Source: an uncultured virus (IMG/VR IMGVR_UViG_3300027126_000148) | Taxonomy: Duplodnaviria; Heunggongvirae; Uroviricota; Caudoviricetes | Direction: 5' to 3' (one strand) | Length of the DNA: 64,000 nucleotides | Virus record (IMG/VR): IMGVR_UViG_3300027126_000148 | In this document: positions 58,387-64,000 of the stretch, piece by piece | Position numbering within the stretch: the stretch's first letter is position 1 | Layout of the letters: the number at the start of each line of letters is the position of its first letter | Position numbers and translations under genes: made by a program | Notes under the pieces: model-generated | Databases searched by the model: none | What the model was told of the DNA's origin: nothing | What the model saw: only the letters and a program-made list of their open reading frames with translations

Positions 58387-59497
58387 TTAACACCTCGTCC
58401 TCTGAAATTCCTAAGATACGGCACTTGATTTCATCCATTGTAGAGAGGCGATCTATTTCATTCTTTACCATCGCCTTTCTCCTTTCAGCAAGTTTTAATA
58501 ATTGCATACGAGATTCTTCTTCTTTCCACATTTGAACTAGATTAAGGATGCTGGCGTTCTCTTTTATTTGCTTGCTAAGACGATCACTTCGCTTTACCTT
58601 AAGGTCATTAAGAAGTTTTTGTTGGCGAATGGTCGATTGGTTATATTCGTCTCTTGCTCCACTGATTGCTTCAATGAGAGCCATTGGCAATTTGCCGCCG
58701 CCATCAATTTCTACATCAATTTGATTTTGAAGAGTTTGAATTGTCTCTTGAATATTAGCAGAGATAACTACTTCAGTAGCTAGAACAATGTATTGATCTA
58801 CTTCTTCTTGAGTGAGGTCTGGTTTATCAAATGTATAACGAACAAAAGAGCTTTCAAATAACTCACGATCAATGTTAGAAGAGTAACTATTTATCTGATG
58901 CAAGAAACGATAAGTGTGCATGTATCCAATGATAGCATTAACAGAAGCCTTCTGGCGTGAAGTGACTTTATCTTTATCAATACCTTCATGAACATACTTG
59001 TTGATTCGAAAAAGCATGCGCTCAAAAGTCTTTGGCGGCATGTATTGAGAATCTGCAAGACTCTCTGTATCTCTTTGTGAGACTGGACCTGCTTGAATTA
59101 CTTTCTGGTCAAGAGTCTTAATGAAATCAATTACAGTACGAGTTTCTTGACTGAGGCTAGTAAGGTTTTGATTATTGAAAATACTTTTAGTAATCTCAAG
59201 TGCGCCCATTGAACCTGCATTGTTAGCAGTAAACTCTTTTTGTTCTGGAGATAGTTCAATCTTATCTTTTGCCAAGTACTCATACGAAGCCCTTGCTTTA
59301 ATTTGTCTTGTGGATAAGAACTCTTTAACTTTCTTGCCGTGCCAACTTCTACCGTCTGCGCCTTCAATGTTAGGAAAAGCAACCCTAACAAGTTCAAGCA
59401 AAGAAGGAGGATTAGTAGGGCGATTGTTCCACTCATTTAAAATTGCCAGTCGCTGTTGGTCATTAAGTTCTTGAGGTTGGTTTTCATTTTCAGCCAT
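58379..59497 (-). CDS. Hypothetical protein (candidate terminase small subunit/DNA-binding)
   Basis: 372 aa, helical with C-terminal coiled coil, upstream of terL; function inferred from position only. Confidence 0.5.
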   Translation of the reverse strand: MAENENQPQELNDQQRLAILNEWNNRPTNPPSLLELVRVAFPNIEGADGRSWHGKKVKEFLSTRQIKARASYEYLAKDKIELSPEQKEFTANNAGSMGALEITKSIFNNQNLTSLSQETRTVIDFIKTLDQKVIQAGPVSQRDTESLADSQYMPPKTFERMLFRINKYVHEGIDKDKVTSRQKASVNAIIGYMHTYRFLHQINSYSSNIDRELFESSFVRYTFDKPDLTQEEVDQYIVLATEVVISANIQETIQTLQNQIDVEIDGGGKLPMALIEAISGARDEYNQSTIRQQKLLNDLKVKRSDRLSKQIKENASILNLVQMWKEEESRMQLLKLAERRKAMVKNEIDRLSTMDEIKCRILGISEDEVLNG

Positions 59498-60182
59498 AAA
59501 TTTCTACTTCTCCATTCACAATGCACTTCTTAGCTTTTACAAGTATAGAACGCTTTAAGTTCTTTATTTGCTTGTATCCGGGGGAACGATTCTTTTCAGT
59601 GGTCTTGAATCCTAGAACTTTTGCAACTTCTTCTTCTCTCTGATTTCTCAAGCAAAGCATTTCATAAACTATCCACTCTGCTGGCTTTAATACTTTTCTT
59701 AATGCTGATGATAAACTCTGAGTACTTCTTAGAAGGTCAAAACCTTCGTTAGTCATGTCGTGAACTTCTTTAATATGATTCTCAAGAGGGAGGGTTACTT
59801 TTGTATTGAAAGCGTCTTTCTTATTGTTTTCCCAATGAGCATACAAGGGGCACTTCTTACACTGTTCTCCATATATTGAACAAGAATCATCCCACTCTGC
59901 CGCCGCACACTTCAAACAAGGTCTGGCATAATTACCATAGTTGTTTCTTATAATGTTTTTTATTTGATTGGATATGATAATGTTTAACCAAGGGGCAAGG
60001 GGTTTTTTCTGATCGTATAGACTCCATTTTTTATAAATATGAATCCTCAATATCTGCTCAACGTCCTCGAAATCAATCCAAGACAATGCGGCAAGGTTCC
60101 ACTTGTTTTTGCGTTTGCGAATTTCTTCGTCTACGATAGCAATGTTCTTTTCAAAGGTTTCTTTTTGGACTTTTTGAGCCAT
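59490..60182 (-). CDS. Phage sigma70-family factor with Cys-rich insertion
   Basis: DFEDVEQ...W-x-x-YD...L-x-PWL-x-x-I-x-x-NQIKN (region 2); L-x-x-x-E...EEEVAKVLG (region 4 HTH). Confidence 0.75.
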   Translation of the reverse strand: MAQKVQKETFEKNIAIVDEEIRKRKNKWNLAALSWIDFEDVEQILRIHIYKKWSLYDQKKPLAPWLNIIISNQIKNIIRNNYGNYARPCLKCAAAEWDDSCSIYGEQCKKCPLYAHWENNKKDAFNTKVTLPLENHIKEVHDMTNEGFDLLRSTQSLSSALRKVLKPAEWIVYEMLCLRNQREEEVAKVLGFKTTEKNRSPGYKQIKNLKRSILVKAKKCIVNGEVEIYG

Positions 60183-60183
60183 T

Positions 60184-60585
60184 TTATTTTTGCCTTAATG
60201 TACCGGCTTCTTTTTTAAACATTTTAAGAGTATCTTTTACAGAGAGACCTTCTGCTCCTCTTGCTCCAAAACCTGCCATGCTGTCTGGCATTGTTGCGGC
60301 AATCTTTGCAAGAGATTCTTTTCTTGGGCCTTCCGCTTGATACTCAACTTCTAAACCATTTTTTAAATCAGGAATTGATGCATCATTTTCTTCATCATCG
60401 CTTTCATCATCGTCCTGCTCGTCATACTCTTCTTGAGCGCGAACTTTGTTTTCTCTTGCCTTTTTATCTTGTGGCTTTTCTACGATAACACCATAGAATG
60501 CTGTGCCACACGCAGAGCAAAACTTTGGCTTTGCTTGAGCGTACAAATTAGGATTTCCACATTGAGAGCAGTAAATTTTTTGCAT
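60184..60585 (-). CDS. Zinc-ribbon protein
   Basis: YCSQCG...KFCSACG; acidic tract. Confidence 0.8.
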   Translation of the reverse strand: MQKIYCSQCGNPNLYAQAKPKFCSACGTAFYGVIVEKPQDKKARENKVRAQEEYDEQDDDESDDEENDASIPDLKNGLEVEYQAEGPRKESLAKIAATMPDSMAGFGARGAEGLSVKDTLKMFKKEAGTLRQK

Positions 60586-60598
60586 AATTCATTAATTT

Positions 60599-60627
60599 AT
60601 TATAGTTTAATAACGGTAAAAAAGCAA
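60599..60627 (-). promoter_or_regulatory. sigma70-type promoter TTGCTT-17bp-TATAAT
   Basis: Perfect -10 with 17-bp spacer, 13 nt upstream of the zinc-ribbon/sigma operon ATG. Confidence 0.7.
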
Positions 60628-60643
60628 GTGTAATTGTAATAGA

Positions 60644-60919
60644 ATGAAGTATTCATTTAAGAATTACGAAAAAGTTGAATACACCATTAATTGGGTCAAA
60701 CCCCCTAAAGGGTGCTACGGTATATGCGATTCCCCAGAGATGGAGAATCCAAAGATAAAGATTGACCCTAAATTAACCAAACAAAAGACAGTCAACATTC
60801 TAATACATGAAGTATTACACGCATTTTTCTGGCAAGAATCAGAAACAAAAGTAACTAAATGCGCGAACACTTTATCAAGACTCATCCACCAAAGGATGAA
60901 ACAAAAGTTTAATGAATGA
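60644..60919 (+). CDS. Small HEXXH metallopeptidase-like protein
   Basis: G-x-C...I-x-ID...ILIHEVLHA...E; upstream GTGTAATTG at 60628-60636. Confidence 0.75.
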   Translation: MKYSFKNYEKVEYTINWVKPPKGCYGICDSPEMENPKIKIDPKLTKQKTVNILIHEVLHAFFWQESETKVTKCANTLSRLIHQRMKQKFNE

Positions 60920-61631
60920 TTGACTTGTATTTAGTAATCTTATCAACAATAAAGCGAGTAATACCACTTCTCATAATATCTTCTTGCCCAAGCTTAAAGT
61001 ATTGAATGCCATTGTCTCGGCTATCTTGGTCTTGGAAGATATCACAGAACTCTTTGAACCCAGACTTCTTGCCTAGGTCATTTTGCATAATAGTATCACC
61101 ACAAATAAATAGCTTACTAAATTTACCCATTCGGGTTGCCGCCGTTACAAGAGAATCAAACATCATGTTCTGACCCTCATCCAAAATAACGGAATTAACG
61201 TTAAAGGTATAGCCGCGAAGCAGAGAAACAGGGTAAGTTTTGATCCTTTCTTGCTTATTTAGTAATTCGATGCTGGATTTATTTAGTAATTCTTCTAGCT
61301 TATCAAATAGAGGTACGTTATAGAAGAAAGTCTTTTCGTCTAAGTCGCCAGTTAAGAAGCCAGTTTGACCATCTGTGCTTTGAATTAGGGATCGGATATA
61401 TACAATATCAGAAATCTTTTTAGCCTTTAGTAATTCTAGCGAGCAATAAACACTCAGTAGAGTCTTGGCTGTGCCGGGAAGCCCATCTAGAATGATTATA
61501 TTAGTAGACTTGTCTAAGGCCGCTTGAATAATTTGTTCTTGTTTCGGGGTCCATTTTAATTTACGAATTTCAAAGTCATCTTTTACTTTGTCTTTTTGAG
61601 AAACGTGGGGGGAGTTATCTTTTTTTGACAT
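60909..61631 (-). CDS. phoH: PhoH-family ATPase
   Basis: GLPGTAKT, GFLTGD, LRGYTF, ILDEGQN, TRMG, GD-x-x-Q-x-D, DIMRS. Confidence 0.92.
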   Translation of the reverse strand: MSKKDNSPHVSQKDKVKDDFEIRKLKWTPKQEQIIQAALDKSTNIIILDGLPGTAKTLLSVYCSLELLKAKKISDIVYIRSLIQSTDGQTGFLTGDLDEKTFFYNVPLFDKLEELLNKSSIELLNKQERIKTYPVSLLRGYTFNVNSVILDEGQNMMFDSLVTAATRMGKFSKLFICGDTIMQNDLGKKSGFKEFCDIFQDQDSRDNGIQYFKLGQEDIMRSGITRFIVDKITKYKSIIH

Positions 61632-61672
61632 TTTAATTAGCCTTACTATTTTAATTACATGTATTATATATA

Positions 61673-62014
61673 ATGAGGAACAAATTTCAAGTTACAGTTG
61701 TGAACCCCAAGACTTGCAGGAAGAAGATTCGTTGTGAGGGGTGCGAACTGGCGTATAGTAAAGAGGATTATTTATTATTCTTCACTGTTCGTAAGCTTGT
61801 TTATTTTAATATGATTGCTGAAGATGGGAAGCAAATGAAGATTTGCGACTCTTGTTTAGTGTCTCTCGCTTCGATGACTTGCGCGAAATATGATTTACCA
61901 TATATTACTATTATAATTAAAGGCGAGGAAAATACAAAACAAATAAATATCGAGTATAGTGGAGACAAATCTTTTGAGCAAGAATTACTAAAAGTCTTTA
62001 ACAAGATCAATTAA
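61673..62014 (+). CDS. Hypothetical Cys-containing protein
   Basis: 113 aa; CEGC and CDSC pairs; divergent from phoH. Confidence 0.6.
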   Translation: MRNKFQVTVVNPKTCRKKIRCEGCELAYSKEDYLLFFTVRKLVYFNMIAEDGKQMKICDSCLVSLASMTCAKYDLPYITIIIKGEENTKQINIEYSGDKSFEQELLKVFNKIN

Positions 62015-62500
62015 TTTTTGCCGCGATTCTTCTGTTCTCTGATCTGGAGTAGTGATATTTTTATAATACTGCATTACTCCAATCATAGAATTAATATTGT
62101 TTTTATTTTTTAATGCATTACCTTCGAAAGAGACAATCTTAACATTGTCTGGTACATAGCCCTTATTTGGGTCTATCCTATCTAATGATGCAGATCTTTT
62201 ATTATCTACTCCTGACTTATATAGTATTTCGCAGCCCAAAATGGGGCAGATATTATTTTTAATCTTTATTAAATCCGCAAGAGTGAGGTTGAACTCTATA
62301 TTTTTCTTTTTTGAACGCATCTTGGCGGCTCTCAATATTACTTTTCTTAAATAGTAATTTTCGCCATCCATAGGGTCTTCCATTTTTTCCTTTTGTCTCT
62401 CGTATTCTAGAGAATAACAACAAGTATTGCACTTGTCTTTTGATCTACTGAATTCTGTATCTTCTTTCTCAGCTTGACACACAGAACATTTGATTAACAT
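61988..62500 (-). CDS. HNH-like endonuclease with zinc-binding motifs
   Basis: CSVC...CNTC; CPILG...SLDRIDP-x-KGY-x-x-DNV...N-x-x-K; upstream GTGTAGATA at 62507-62515. Confidence 0.75.
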   Translation of the reverse strand: MLIKCSVCQAEKEDTEFSRSKDKCNTCCYSLEYERQKEKMEDPMDGENYYLRKVILRAAKMRSKKKNIEFNLTLADLIKIKNNICPILGCEILYKSGVDNKRSASLDRIDPNKGYVPDNVKIVSFEGNALKNKNNINSMIGVMQYYKNITTPDQRTEESRQKLIDLVKDF

Positions 62501-62847
62501 TAGATATATCTACACAAGCTATATCTAAAAAAGGTATTTTTTGGGAAGGGCTCCGGGGATTTTTTGACCTTGCAAACTCTTCAGGTCTTCCTTTTGGTCT
62601 TATTTTTTGAGAAATAGGGGGGTCTTATATAGGGATAGATATTAATACATAGACAGATAGAATAGTAAGTATTTAGTAATTAAGGATAGAATGATAGATT
62701 CTTTTAATTGGTATATTAATAAAAGAAGGTTTTATTGATTAAGGGCAGAATGATTTTTAGACCCCCCCGCCCCCGTATTTGAAAAGTCTCTGGCAATATT
62801 TTCATAAATTGGGGGCAATGTCAATAGCATTTTCTGGCAATCTTCGC

Positions 62848-62877
62848 AAAAAAAATCCCCCTCTTTCGAAGGGGATT
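62848..62877 (-). terminator. Intrinsic terminator after the 141-aa gene
   Basis: AATCCCC...GGGGATT stem followed by T8 on the minus strand. Confidence 0.8.
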
Positions 62878-62896
62878 CGATTGACTTTCGCTCGCC

Positions 62897-63322
62897 TTAG
62901 TCGGCCAGATTGGCGACATCTTCAACGGGGAACGTGAGGAACTTAGGCGGAGTCTTTGCCTTTTTGTAAAGGGTAATCGTCGCCAGTTCTTCAGCGGTAG
63001 CAGGACGACCGTCCACAAGATAGCCAATCGTCTTCATGGCAGAAGACGGAAGCGCGGCAACGTAGTGACGACCAGTAACAGGGTGCTTGACCAGTCCGGG
63101 CTTGACCCAGACGAACCACGGCTTGTCACCGGGTGCGTCTTCATGGCGATTCCCGTAGGAATCAGGACCGGCCAATGTCACAACCACGCGGTGATTCTTC
63201 ATCACGCGGCCAAGTAAAGGGTTCAAAGGAAGGCCAGATCTGCCGCCTGTCTTCATGGAATGTTCCCCACGAAGGAGAACTGTGCAGATGCTACCTGCAC
63301 GAATTTTATTGAGGTCAATCAT
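62897..63322 (-). CDS. Hypothetical protein (probable early gene)
   Basis: 141 aa, GC-richer codons, followed by a terminator; clear paralogue at 63726+. Confidence 0.85.
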   Translation of the reverse strand: MIDLNKIRAGSICTVLLRGEHSMKTGGRSGLPLNPLLGRVMKNHRVVVTLAGPDSYGNRHEDAPGDKPWFVWVKPGLVKHPVTGRHYVAALPSSAMKTIGYLVDGRPATAEELATITLYKKAKTPPKFLTFPVEDVANLAD

Positions 63323-63423
63323 GATGCGTTGGTTTTTTAGTGCCGCTCACTCGCGACGGAAAGAGAGTCGCACGGTTCCCATTTGATTGCAACCCACTTT
63401 CTCAAATAATTTTCGCCCCTAGG

Positions 63424-63625
63424 CTGGCACACTCTTTGCTCCCCAGCACGTTTCATGCCAAGTCTAGGTTGGCACACTCTTTGCTCCCCAGCAAGTCCCA
63501 TGCCAAGTCCGTGGAAAGGATAGTTTCCCAATCTGGGGTCCCCAATTCGAAAAACTATCGTCGCCCATAGCTTGGCATGATTCCTGCTCTGGCATGGTTC
63601 CTGCTCCCAGCATAGACTATGCCAA
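63424..63625. promoter_or_regulatory. Cluster of seven sigma54-type -24/-12 elements
   Basis: YTGGCA[CT]-N5-NTGCT with exact GG-N10-GC spacing; four on plus, three on minus. Confidence 0.7.
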
Positions 63626-63725
63626 GTGCCCGTTAACGTAGAAAATTAAAGTAGATTTACTTCTCGTATATATATAAGTACATGTTAAATTGTCATAGTC
63701 AGTTTGGCTCTTATATAAATACAAC

Positions 63726-64000
63726 ATGATTAATATAAATACAATCAAGGCGGGGCATATTGCTACTGTTTTGATGCAGGGTGAATATAAATTAAACACT
63801 GGCGGTCGCTCCGGTCTTCCCTTGAATGAATACAAGGGTCGTGTGACAAGAGCTTATCGTTTTGCGATAACGCTTGCGGGTGAGGAAACGTATAACAATA
63901 AATACCCTGATTCAGTCGGCAAACCTAATTGGTTTGAGTTTGTGAAGGATGGTGTTGTTAAACATAAGACTACCGGCCAATTGTATTTGGCTGGGCTTCC
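63726..64000 (+). CDS. Hypothetical protein, paralogue of 62897-63322 (3' truncated by window)
   Basis: Not in the ORF track; translates as MININTIKAGHIATVLMQGEYKLNTGGRSGLPLNEYKGRV...TLAG...WF...VKH-x-x-TG-x-x-YLAGL. Confidence 0.85.
   Translation, partial: MININTIKAGHIATVLMQGEYKLNTGGRSGLPLNEYKGRVTRAYRFAITLAGEETYNNKYPDSVGKPNWFEFVKDGVVKHKTTGQLYLAGL

Noticed and set aside
1789..62010. Many short antisense or nested ORFs in the track (e.g. 3309-3647, 11787-12095, 49606-49968, 56890-57273)
   Set aside because: They lie inside long, motif-supported genes, lack start signals and have shadow-frame composition
62789..62850. CTGGCAAT repeats as further sigma54 sites
   Set aside because: The GG-to-GC spacing is not 10 nt
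63419..63510. 45-bp tandem repeat as a CRISPR array
   Set aside because: Only two adjacent units with no unique spacers and no cas genes; better explained as paired -24/-12 elements
63337..63835. ORFs 63337-63531, 63340-63570 and 63617-63835
   Set aside because: Translations of the repeat region, or antisense to the real gene at 63726
1..64000. tRNA/rRNA genes, integrase, transposase, tail sheath
   Set aside because: None recognisable by eye; intergenic gaps are mostly too short for RNA genes

Overview
This window comes from an AT-rich, large tailed dsDNA phage (Caudoviricetes). It probably has a long non-contractile tail, since no sheath gene is recognisable here. Most of it is one minus-strand morphogenesis region. 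From right to left it holds a sigma-like factor, an ERCC4 nuclease, terminase, portal, head proteins (protease/scaffold, decoration, major capsid), two giant GNVGIGT-repeat fibre proteins, LamG and Ig proteins, neck genes, tail tube paralogues, tail chaperones and a 3357-aa tape measure protein (TMP). The left end holds converging plus-strand tail genes. The right end shifts to higher GC and looks like an early region. Main observations: (1) the TMP carries an internal array of cargo-like domains (one PD-(D/E)xK-like, two GNAT-like) delimited by a repeated G-x-[VI]-P-N-F-A motif; (2) seven sigma54-type (-24/-12) elements in both orientations lie within about 200 bp between two divergent paralogous genes; (3) a GTGTAAT-type late promoter motif suggests a sigma70 to phage-sigma cascade; (4) CCWGG appears to be avoided. 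All calls come from motif reading and gene order only; no searches were run.
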